Source: Acidimicrobiales bacterium | Lineage (GTDB): Bacteria > Actinomycetota > Acidimicrobiia > Acidimicrobiales > Poriferisodalaceae | NCBI GenBank assembly: GCA_038135065.1 | Contig: JAYPWI010000013.1 | Location: 14,497-78,496 of the forward strand | DNA: 64,000 nucleotides | Direction: 5' to 3' | Part shown: positions 56,913 through 64,000 of the stretch, in pieces | How positions within the stretch are numbered: position 1 is the stretch's first letter | Layout of the letters: each line of letters opens with the position of its first letter | Made by a program: the position numbers and the translations under genes | Notes under the pieces: model-generated | Seen by the model: the letters and a program-made list of their open reading frames with translations, nothing else | Told to the model about the DNA's origin: nothing | The model's database searches: none

Positions 56913-57958
56913 CGGACGATCTCCGCAACCATCTCGAGCAGACGGGGCGGACCGGCGATCTGCATGGTGGTCACCACCGTGTCATTCCATCGGGTCAGGT
57001 CCTCGGCGATTTTGTCGGGCGGGCCGACGAGGCTGACCTCCTCCACCAGGGCCAGGGGAATGGCGGCTGCCGCTTCGTCCTTGCGCCCCGTGAGGTACAG
57101 CTCCTGTACCCGGTCGGCCACGTCCTGGTAGCCCATGCGGCAGAACACGTCGTAGTGGAAGTTGGCTCCCTTGGCCCCCATCCCGCCCATGTACAGGGCG
57201 AGCATGGGTCGGACCCGGTCGGCGGCCCGCTCGGGGTCGGCGTCGGGCACGATGCTGACCGGGCACACCACCTCGAAGTCGGACCCGTCGGGAATGCGTC
57301 CGTCGGGTCCGATCGTGGGCTTGCCCGCGGCCCGGAACCCTTCGTTGAGGGCATCCACGTAGAACTGATTGTCCTTCGGGGCGAAGAACAGGGGCAGCCA
57401 GCCATCGCAGATCTCGGCCGAGAGGGCCACGTTTTTCGGGCCCTCGGCGCCGAGATAGATGGGGATGTGGTTACGCAGCGGGTGCACCGTCGACTTGAGG
57501 GGTTTGCCCAACTCGAGGCCCCCGGGGAAGGGCATCTGGTAGAACGCGCCGCTGAAGCTGACCGGCTTGTCCCGGTCACAGATCTCCCGGATGATCTGCA
57601 CGTACTCCCGGGTGCGGGCCAGGGGGCGCGGGTAGGGCTGGCCGTACCAGCCTTCGACCACCTGGGGTCCACTGACCCCGAGCCCCAGGATGAATCGACC
57701 ACCGCTGAGATGGTCCATGGTGATGGCGGCCATCGCGGTGGCCGCTGGGGTGCGGGCCGAGATCTGGACGATCCCCGTCCCGAGGCCGATGGTCGAACTC
57801 TGCGAGCCCCACCAAGCCAGGGGGGTAAGGGCATCCGAACCGTAGGCCTCGGCAGTCCAGAACGAATGGAAGCCCAACCGCTCGGCCGTCTGCAGGGCCT
57901 CGAGGGCGTCGGCGGGCGGACCCGACGACCAGTACCCGGCTCCCGTTGCCAGCTTCAT
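56909..57958 (-). CDS. LLM-class F420-dependent oxidoreductase
   Basis: From ATG 57958: MKLATGAGYW...GFHSFWTAEAYGSDALT...GGRFILGLGVSGPQVVEGWYG. An ATGA overlap joins it to the thiolase-like gene. Confidence 0.85.
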   Translation of the reverse strand: MKLATGAGYWSSGPPADALEALQTAERLGFHSFWTAEAYGSDALTPLAWWGSQSSTIGLGTGIVQISARTPAATAMAAITMDHLSGGRFILGLGVSGPQVVEGWYGQPYPRPLARTREYVQIIREICDRDKPVSFSGAFYQMPFPGGLELGKPLKSTVHPLRNHIPIYLGAEGPKNVALSAEICDGWLPLFFAPKDNQFYVDALNEGFRAAGKPTIGPDGRIPDGSDFEVVCPVSIVPDADPERAADRVRPMLALYMGGMGAKGANFHYDVFCRMGYQDVADRVQELYLTGRKDEAAAAIPLALVEEVSLVGPPDKIAEDLTRWNDTVVTTMQIAGPPRLLEMVAEIVR

Positions 57959-58052
57959 GTGTGCCCTCCCGGTGATGCTGATGGTGAGGGGGAACCTAGC
58001 GCAGGGCACCGGGAGGCCACCGCGGGCGGCTCGGGGCAATACCCTCCACCGG

Positions 58053-59660
58053 GTGACCTCCCCCGACATCGTTGCGGCCGAAGCCGACCGCCGGCGCACC
58101 TTCGCCATCATCAGTCATCCCGATGCGGGCAAGACCACCCTGACCGAGAAGTTTCTCCTCTACAGCGGCTCGATCAGCGAGGCCGGTTCGGTGAAGGCCC
58201 GGTCTGGTCGGCGCAGCGCCACCTCGGATTGGATGGAGCTGGAGCAGCAGCGGGGAATTTCCATCACGTCGACGGCACTGCAGTTCGATTACCGGGACCG
58301 GGTGCTGAACCTGCTCGACACCCCGGGCCACCGGGACTTCTCCGAGGACACCTACCGGGTGCTGGCGGCCACCGACGCGGCGGTGATGGTGCTCGACGGT
58401 TCCAAGGGCATCGAGCCCCAGACCCTCAAGCTGTTCGAGGTGTGCCGCCAGCGGGAGGTGCCCATCCTCACCTTCGTCAACAAGTGCGACCGGCCAGGGC
58501 GGGCGCCGCTCGAACTGCTGGACGAGATCGAAGACCTCCTGCAACTCCTCCCGACCCCCATGTCGTGGCCCGTTGGGGTTCCCGGCGATCTGCGAGGCAT
58601 CGTGGACCGGGCAGGGGGCACGTTCGTGCGCTACGACCGGACCGCGCATGGCGCGACCGAGGCTCCCGAAGAGGTGGTGCCGATCACCGACGTCGACCCT
58701 GCCACCCCGGGGTGGGGTGATGCCGGGGAGGAGCTCGAACTGCTCGACGCGGTGGGGGGCGCCGAGGTGGATCGCAAGGGGTTCCTGGCCGGGGAGGTGA
58801 CCCCGGTGTTCTTCGGGTCAGCGCTCACCAACTTCGGGGTCCGCCTGCTCCTCGACGCCGTGGTGGACCTCGCCCCCGGGCCCCAACCGCGGATCGATGC
58901 CGGAGGGGCACCCCGGGCGCTCGGGGACGGCTTCTCGGCCTTCGCCTTCAAGGTGCAGGCCAACACCGACAAGGCCCACCGGGATCGGATCGCCTACGTG
59001 CGAGTGTGCTCGGGCCATTTCGAACGGGGGATGTCAGTGACCCTGAGCCGCACCGGTCGGGGGTTCGCCACCAAATACGCCCACACCATGTTCGGATCCG
59101 ATCGCTCCACGGTCGAGGAGGCCTGGCCGGGCGACGTGGTGGCGTTGGTCAATGCGGGCGACGTGCGGGTGGGTGACACCCTGTACGCCGGTTCCGAGGT
59201 GACCTTCCCCCCGATTCCCTCGTTCGCTCCGGAGATCTTCCGTCGGATCCGGGTGACCGACACCTCGCGCTTCAAGCAGTTCCGTCGCGGCCTGGTGCAG
59301 CTCGACGAGGAGGGGGTGATCCAAGTGTTGCGGGATGATGACGTCGGCGATGTGGAGCCCGTGCTCGCGGCGGTCGGCATGATGCAGTTCGAGGTGGCCG
59401 TGCACCGCCTCGAGAACGAGTTCGGGGCCCCCGTGGCCCTGACCGCGTCACCGTTCTCGGTGGCCCGACGGACCGACGAGGCATCGGCCCCCGAGATTCG
59501 CCGCCTCCCCGGGGCCAGTGTGCTGCGACGCAGCGACGGGGCCCTGCTGGCTTTGTTCGAGAACGAGTTCTACTTGCAGCGCATCCAGAACGAGAAGGAC
59601 CACCTGGTACTCGAGCGGGTGCTGGCCGAACAGGAATGGTTGGGTGACGGCCGCTCGTGA
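58053..59660 (+). CDS. prfC: peptide chain release factor 3
   Basis: From GTG 58053: RRTFAIISHPDAGKTTLTEKFLLYSG...MELEQQRGISITS...LLDTPGHRDFSEDTYR...TFVNKCDR are the GTPase G1-G4 motifs in the RF3 context. Confidence 0.93.
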   Translation: MTSPDIVAAEADRRRTFAIISHPDAGKTTLTEKFLLYSGSISEAGSVKARSGRRSATSDWMELEQQRGISITSTALQFDYRDRVLNLLDTPGHRDFSEDTYRVLAATDAAVMVLDGSKGIEPQTLKLFEVCRQREVPILTFVNKCDRPGRAPLELLDEIEDLLQLLPTPMSWPVGVPGDLRGIVDRAGGTFVRYDRTAHGATEAPEEVVPITDVDPATPGWGDAGEELELLDAVGGAEVDRKGFLAGEVTPVFFGSALTNFGVRLLLDAVVDLAPGPQPRIDAGGAPRALGDGFSAFAFKVQANTDKAHRDRIAYVRVCSGHFERGMSVTLSRTGRGFATKYAHTMFGSDRSTVEEAWPGDVVALVNAGDVRVGDTLYAGSEVTFPPIPSFAPEIFRRIRVTDTSRFKQFRRGLVQLDEEGVIQVLRDDDVGDVEPVLAAVGMMQFEVAVHRLENEFGAPVALTASPFSVARRTDEASAPEIRRLPGASVLRRSDGALLALFENEFYLQRIQNEKDHLVLERVLAEQEWLGDGRS

Positions 59661-59690
59661 CCTGCCGGCCGCTGCGACGTGGCGTGAGCG

Positions 59691-60020
59691 TCAGGTGGGG
59701 AGTTGGTCGGGCATGAGAGGGCTCCGCCCGATCCGGTAGCGGGCCAATACGGCCTCGTCGCAGGAGCGACACAGCCACACGACCTGGGTTGCCACGATCG
59801 ACAACTGGCTGCCCCGAGACTTCTCGACGATGGCCTTGATCGCCCCTTCCATGTCACTGCCGCCGCAGCGATCGCAGTCGGGCAGGGCGTTGGGGTCACG
59901 CTCCCACTGTTGGCCGCATACCTGGCAGGTGACGGTGATGAGTTCACCGTTCGGCTGCCCGCGGAGATCGTCCCGTTCGCCACAGCCGGGGCACATCAGC
60001 TCGTCCACCGTTGCCACCAT
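59691..60020 (-). CDS. small zinc-ribbon protein with four CxxC pairs, function unknown
   Basis: 109 aa. The pairs are CPGC, CQVC, CDRC and CRSC. Confidence 0.6.
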   Translation of the reverse strand: MVATVDELMCPGCGERDDLRGQPNGELITVTCQVCGQQWERDPNALPDCDRCGGSDMEGAIKAIVEKSRGSQLSIVATQVVWLCRSCDEAVLARYRIGRSPLMPDQLPT

Positions 60021-60083
60021 AGTTGGGGCCCTCTGCGGTCAGGCCTGGCCTGCCCGAGGGCGGTAGCGTCGAATCCTGGTGAT

Positions 60084-60845
60084 GTGGTGAACAACGACGT
60101 CGATCACTACGAGGTGTTGGGGGTGGCCTCGACGGCCGATGTCACCGAGATCCGGCGGGCGTGGATCCGAGCCGCCCGCGAGCTCCACCCCGACCAGCGC
60201 CGGAGTGCGGCGAACACCCGGGCCGGGGTCGACCCCGACGAGGGGATCCGCTTGGTCAACGAGGCCTGGCGGATCCTTGGGGACAGCGACCGACGGGCTG
60301 TCTATGACCGGGATCGCGCCCGGGCACGCCGCAACGCGGCGGCGGCAGCCGAGCGGGAAGACCGTCGCAACGCCGACGAGACCTCGGCGGGCGCCCCACC
60401 AACCAGCGGGGACAACTGGCAGGGTATTCAGGTACGGAGCCCGATCGTGGCGGTGGTGCTGCGGACCCTTCCCTGGCTGTTGGCGGCGGGGCTCGGGGTC
60501 GGGATCTTCGTGGGTACTGCGGTGGCCGGGCGCCCGGCCCAGGAGACCGAGCCGACCTTCGACGCCACCCCGGACTGCGTGAGGGTGGCCGAGGAAGCTA
60601 TCCGGAACGTTCCGTGCCAGTGGGACGGAGCGACCGTCGTCGACCAGCAACTGCGCGCTGCGGATCCATTGGTGTGTGAGGACGACACGGCCACCCTCGC
60701 CGTTGTCCTGCCCGACGGTGTGGTGCTCGTCGCATCGTCACCGGAGACACCGGCCGCCCATGTCTTCGAGGCGGGGGCGAGCGAGGTCGTGTGCTTGATC
60801 AGCTACGAGCGCTACATGGCCGGGTCCGACGCCGCAGGGGGCTGA
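60084..60845 (+). CDS. membrane-anchored J-domain (DnaJ-like) protein
   Basis: From GTG 60084: DHYEVLGVASTADVTEIRRAWIRAARELHPDQ (HPD motif)...EAWRILGDSDRRAVYD. A TM helix follows (IVAVVLRTLPWLLAAGLGVGIFVG), then a ~100-aa Cys-containing C-terminal domain. Confidence 0.75.
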   Translation: MVNNDVDHYEVLGVASTADVTEIRRAWIRAARELHPDQRRSAANTRAGVDPDEGIRLVNEAWRILGDSDRRAVYDRDRARARRNAAAAAEREDRRNADETSAGAPPTSGDNWQGIQVRSPIVAVVLRTLPWLLAAGLGVGIFVGTAVAGRPAQETEPTFDATPDCVRVAEEAIRNVPCQWDGATVVDQQLRAADPLVCEDDTATLAVVLPDGVVLVASSPETPAAHVFEAGASEVVCLISYERYMAGSDAAGG

Positions 60846-60855
60846 GCGACGTCGC

Positions 60856-62067
60856 TCAGAGATCGGTCGGGGAGGGGCCAGCGACCCTCCGGGTGACGAG
60901 GTCGTCGATCTGCTCGGGGGTCAGGCCGACCTCGGCCAGCACGTCGGCCGTGTGCTCGCCGTGGCGGGGCGCCCGGCCCCGGACGGCGTGTTCGGAATCC
61001 GACAGGTGCATGGGTGCGTTGACGGTGCGGTACGGGCGGTCCAGGTCGGGGACGTCGCCGAAGGCGTGGAGGGCGGCCGCTTGGGGGTCTGCGATCACCT
61101 CCTCGAGGTTCTGCAGCGGCTCGAAGGTGAGTCCGTGGGCGTCACAGATCTCGATCCAGTGGGCGCGGTCCCTGTTGGCGAAGACCTCGTCGCACAGGGG
61201 GATCAGTTCCGCTGCATGCTCGGCTCGGCCCTCGGGGTCGGCGAAGCGTGGGTCGGTCGCCCACTCCTGGTGGCCGAGGGCTGCGCAGAAGTCGGGCCAC
61301 TTACCGGGACCGGGCATGCAGAAGTTGATCCACCGGTCGTCGGCGCATCGGAAGCGGGTGACCATGGGGCTGGGCATCTCGAAGCGGAACCTCGAGCGTG
61401 GCGGTTCGCCTGTGTCGAGGCCGATGGACAGATCCGAGCCGAGGGTCCACATGCCCACCTGGTACAGGGCGACCTCGATGGCTTGACCGTTGCCGGTGAG
61501 GTCGCGTTCGCGCAGGGCCAGCAACACGGCCGACAGCACGGCGAGGGCGGTGGTGTGGTCTCCCTGCCCCGCTCGTCCGCCCGGCGGGCTGCCCGGCTCA
61601 CCCATGACGTCGAGGACGCCGGCTCGGCTGAAGAAGGCCGTCATGTCGAAGGCCAGCCGATCGTGGTCGGGGCCGTCGCTCCCGAAGCCGGTGACGGCTA
61701 CATGGATGAGTTCGGGGTGGTCGGCCCGGAGGTCGTCGGCGCTGAGGCGGTAGCGGGCCTGGCGGTCGGGGGTCAGGTTGGTGATCACCACGTCGCAGGT
61801 CGCGGCGATGGCGTGGGCTGCGTCGATGGCGGCCGGATCACGCAGGTCGAGCATGACGCCGCGCTTGCCCCGGTTGTCGAGCTGCCACCACGGGTCCGGT
61901 CCGTCGAGCACCCCGGCCATGCGGCGCAGGAGGTCGCCTTGGGGTGGCTCGAGCTTGATCACGTCGGCGCCGAAGTCGGCCATGAGGGCGGCCGCCGAGG
62001 GAGCGGCGATCATGCCGGCCGCGTCGAAGACCCGGATGCCGGTCAGTGGGCCGCCGGGATGGCTCAC
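60856..62067 (-). CDS. CaiB/BaiF-family (class III) CoA-transferase
   Basis: LTGIRVFDAAGMIAAPSAAALMADFGADVIKLEPP. The GTG start overlaps the upstream stop (GTGA at 62064-62067). Confidence 0.9.
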   Translation of the reverse strand: MSHPGGPLTGIRVFDAAGMIAAPSAAALMADFGADVIKLEPPQGDLLRRMAGVLDGPDPWWQLDNRGKRGVMLDLRDPAAIDAAHAIAATCDVVITNLTPDRQARYRLSADDLRADHPELIHVAVTGFGSDGPDHDRLAFDMTAFFSRAGVLDVMGEPGSPPGGRAGQGDHTTALAVLSAVLLALRERDLTGNGQAIEVALYQVGMWTLGSDLSIGLDTGEPPRSRFRFEMPSPMVTRFRCADDRWINFCMPGPGKWPDFCAALGHQEWATDPRFADPEGRAEHAAELIPLCDEVFANRDRAHWIEICDAHGLTFEPLQNLEEVIADPQAAALHAFGDVPDLDRPYRTVNAPMHLSDSEHAVRGRAPRHGEHTADVLAEVGLTPEQIDDLVTRRVAGPSPTDL

Positions 62068-62882
62068 GACGACTCCAGGATCAGTCGGACACCGAGGTTG
62101 TGTTCGGGTGGTACCTCGTACCGGCCGTCGCCGAGTGGCCGGGCGTCGGGCACGGAGCCCGCGTCGTCGACGGTGAATGCGGCGTGGTGCAGTCGGCCGG
62201 CTCGGTCACCGAGCCAGTGAGCCAGCTCGGGGTCGGCGGGGTGGACGAGTCGGAGCTGCCACGGCCCGGAATCGAGGTCGACGAAGGCCCCGGCCTGGTC
62301 GGTTCCTTCGTTGGTCCGCTCCATGTCGAGGGCGCCCTCGAAGAGGCGGGTGGCTTCGTCGAGGTCGGCGACGAGGTGGACGCACCGATCGAGGGTGGGA
62401 ATGGATCGACCCGCGCGGGGGAGTGGGGTGGCGTCTGACCTGCCCTCTCCGTCACCACCGTGGAAGGCGAGCTGAATGACGATGCCGTGGCTCTGTTTCG
62501 GATGGAGGAAGGCTTCGTTCCATTCGGGCTTCTCGGTGTTCACCCCGACCAGTTCGTAACCAGCGGCCTGGACGCGGGCGAGGGCGTCGGAGAAGTCGGG
62601 GACTTTGAAGGTGTAGTGATGGGGGCCTGGACCGTTGCGGTGCAGGAAGCGACGGATGAAGTCGCTGCCCGGGGTGTCGATGGCCTCGAGGATCTCGATC
62701 TTGGTGCCCTCGGCGAAGGCGACCTGACAGAAGTAGAAGGCGTCGCCTGCGTCGCTCGATTCGTCGTTGTCGGGTCCTCCGAGCCATTCGCCTCCTAGGT
62801 GGTAGGCGTAGCGGATGAGGTTGTCCCATGCCCGGTGGGAGGCCACGGCGAGATGGTCCATGGTGATCTGTTGGACAGCCAT
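62064..62882 (-). CDS. two-domain VOC/glyoxalase-family protein
   Basis: 272 aa. MDHLAVAS...GPGPHHYTFKV...LDRCVHLVADLDEATRLFEGAL...LHHAAFTV. Confidence 0.75.
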   Translation of the reverse strand: MAVQQITMDHLAVASHRAWDNLIRYAYHLGGEWLGGPDNDESSDAGDAFYFCQVAFAEGTKIEILEAIDTPGSDFIRRFLHRNGPGPHHYTFKVPDFSDALARVQAAGYELVGVNTEKPEWNEAFLHPKQSHGIVIQLAFHGGDGEGRSDATPLPRAGRSIPTLDRCVHLVADLDEATRLFEGALDMERTNEGTDQAGAFVDLDSGPWQLRLVHPADPELAHWLGDRAGRLHHAAFTVDDAGSVPDARPLGDGRYEVPPEHNLGVRLILESS

Positions 62883-63116
62883 TGAGGCGACGATAGATGG
62901 CCGGAGCCCTGCCGTTCAGGTGGATGTTCGCCTGTGGGCACCCATCGACCAATCGAAGAGCGGCAGGAGGACGTCGTGTGGTCGCTCGATCGTCGGTCGG
63001 GGCAGCACGGTTACGTGCGGCTTGATATGAAAATGCACGAAAGTGATAGATAACACCTGAGAAATCTTTGGTTTGAGCTTGAAACGAAGCTCAGACTGTG
63101 AGAAGCTTTCACCCGT

Positions 63117-63146
63117 CGCCGCTTCGAGCGGCGTTTCTTCGTTTTC
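63117..63146 (+). terminator. rho-independent terminator-like hairpin with a T-run in an AT-rich intergenic island
   Basis: CGCCGCU-UCG-AGCGGCG (63117-63133), followed by TTTCTTCGTTTTC. No + strand CDS ends upstream of it. Confidence 0.45.
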
Positions 63147-63218
63147 GACCACGAACGCGACTGTCGTGCTCGTCTGCGTAGAGGTCGGTCGAATGGGGGA
63201 GTTGACCTACATTCTCCT

Positions 63219-63234
63219 CACCGATCGATCGGTG
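63219..63234. promoter_or_regulatory. perfect 16-bp palindrome CACCGATCGATCGGTG immediately upstream of the VOC gene RBS
   Basis: Read directly. It lies between a TTGACC -35-like hexamer (63202-63207) and the GAAAGGGA RBS and GTG start at 63248. Confidence 0.5.
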
Positions 63235-63247
63235 AAAGGGACGAACT

Positions 63248-63631
63248 GTGGCATCAACGGAGCGGTTTCAGGTCCGAGGGATGGACCACATCGTCCTGAA
63301 CGTGGCCGATGGTGAGCGGTCGCTGGCCTGGTACCGGGATCGCCTCGGCCTCGAGGTGCTGCGCTACGACGCATGGAAGGACGGGAAGGTGCCGTTCGTA
63401 TCGCTCCGGGTGAGTGAGACGTGCATCATCGACCTGTTCGAAATGGAGCGGTCGGGGGAGAACGTCAACCATGTCGCTCTGTGGGTGGAGGGGGATCTCG
63501 AGGAGCTGCTGGCCCACGACGACGTGGAGATCGCCCGCCAACCCAAGACCCTGTTCGGAGCCCAGGGTCACGGCCCATCGGTGTCGGTATACGACCCTGA
63601 CGGCAACATGATCGAGCTCAAGCAGTACTGA
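63248..63631 (+). CDS. VOC/glyoxalase-family protein
   Basis: 127 aa. VRGMDHIVLNVADGERSLAWYRDRLGLEV...VYDPDGNMIELKQY. Confidence 0.85.
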   Translation: MASTERFQVRGMDHIVLNVADGERSLAWYRDRLGLEVLRYDAWKDGKVPFVSLRVSETCIIDLFEMERSGENVNHVALWVEGDLEELLAHDDVEIARQPKTLFGAQGHGPSVSVYDPDGNMIELKQY

Positions 63632-63690
63632 CCCCGCCGGCTTGGCAGATCTGCGTTGGCCCCGGTGGCTGCGCTATCGTGACGCCCTCC

Positions 63691-63764
63691 GGGCGATTGG
63701 CTCAGTTGGTTAGAGCGCTGCCTTCACACGGCAGAGGTCACTGGTTCGAATCCAGTATCGCCCA
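63691..63764 (+). tRNA. tRNA-Val (anticodon CAC)
   Basis: The 74 nt fold by hand into a cloverleaf. The acceptor stem is GGGCGAT/ATCGCCC with discriminator A, the D-arm is GCTC-AGTTGGTTA-GAGC, and the anticodon stem CTGCC/GGCAG carries loop TTCACAC. The T-arm is ACTGG-TTCGAAT-CCAGT. CCA is not encoded. Confidence 0.93.
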
Positions 63765-64000
63765 CTCGTTGTGAAAATCACAGCGTTTCCCCTGGTCAGG
63801 GGCGGTTCGAAGTCGTGTCCAGTTGCCACGACCGTTAGCAGGACTTTCGAACCATGCGCTTGGGTAGCAGCTCGATGAGTTCGATCTGCGGTAGCGACCG
63901 TCGAGAGCGCCTCCGGCCCCGCCGTTGTTATCCCAGCCGTGGATCGCAGCGGCATCGCGACTCTGCGATTGGCCTGGGAGCGCGCGATGGAGGGGCGCTA

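Noticed and set aside
62916-63152. 78-aa minus-strand ORF in the AT-rich island
   Set aside because: It has no RBS, and its codon usage and composition are unlike every other gene in the window. It overlaps hairpin and terminator elements, and I see no family resemblance.
63765-64000. Possible integrated element or att site downstream of tRNA-Val (small palindrome TGTGA-AAA-TCACA at 63770-63782, hairpin CCCCT-GGTC-AGGGG)
   Set aside because: Only 236 nt remain before the window edge. No integrase, direct repeat of the tRNA 3' end or compositional break can be established. The small hairpins are equally compatible with a tRNA terminator.

Overview
This is a visibly GC-rich, gene-dense chromosomal segment of actinobacterial character: GTG/TTG starts are frequent, many adjacent genes share ATGA or GTGA stop/start overlaps, and a 6C-type C-loop sRNA is present. 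I can support about 56 CDS, one tRNA-Val(CAC), one structured sRNA and several cis-regulatory elements. Most of the window is housekeeping or CoA/central metabolism: citrate synthase, a mitochondrial-type aconitase, class I fumarase, leuA, galE, ppk1, ppx, prfC, enoyl-CoA hydratases, acyl-CoA dehydrogenases, a CoA-transferase, a thiolase-like protein, two LLM oxidoreductases and four VOC/glyoxalase genes. Four regions stand out. (1) At 36.4-47.8 kb, an EccC/EssC-like three-P-loop ATPase is divergent from a minus-strand gene chain. The chain encodes a WXG-like protein, a small helical partner, an ~835-aa orphan protein, an alpha/beta hydrolase, a Mur ligase whose N-domain is replaced by membrane helices, a Ddl-type ATP-grasp ligase and a Cys-repeat lipoprotein. 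This looks like an undescribed type VII-linked envelope peptide-ligation module and is my best candidate for a novel system. (2) At 29.7-36.4 kb lies a translationally coupled operon of a fatty-acyl-CoA-reductase-HAD fusion, a LarA-like protein, a PlsC-like acyltransferase and probably a methyltransferase, with a divergent TetR gene and a palindromic operator. (3) At 22.75-23.01 kb lies an expanded 6C-like sRNA with four UCCCCC loops plus a terminator, divergent from a LysR gene. (4) At 51.16-51.28 kb lies a leucine-codon leader peptide and attenuator in front of leuA. No CRISPR array, rRNA, transposase or integrase is visible. All function calls rest on reading the supplied translations by eye; no database search was possible.
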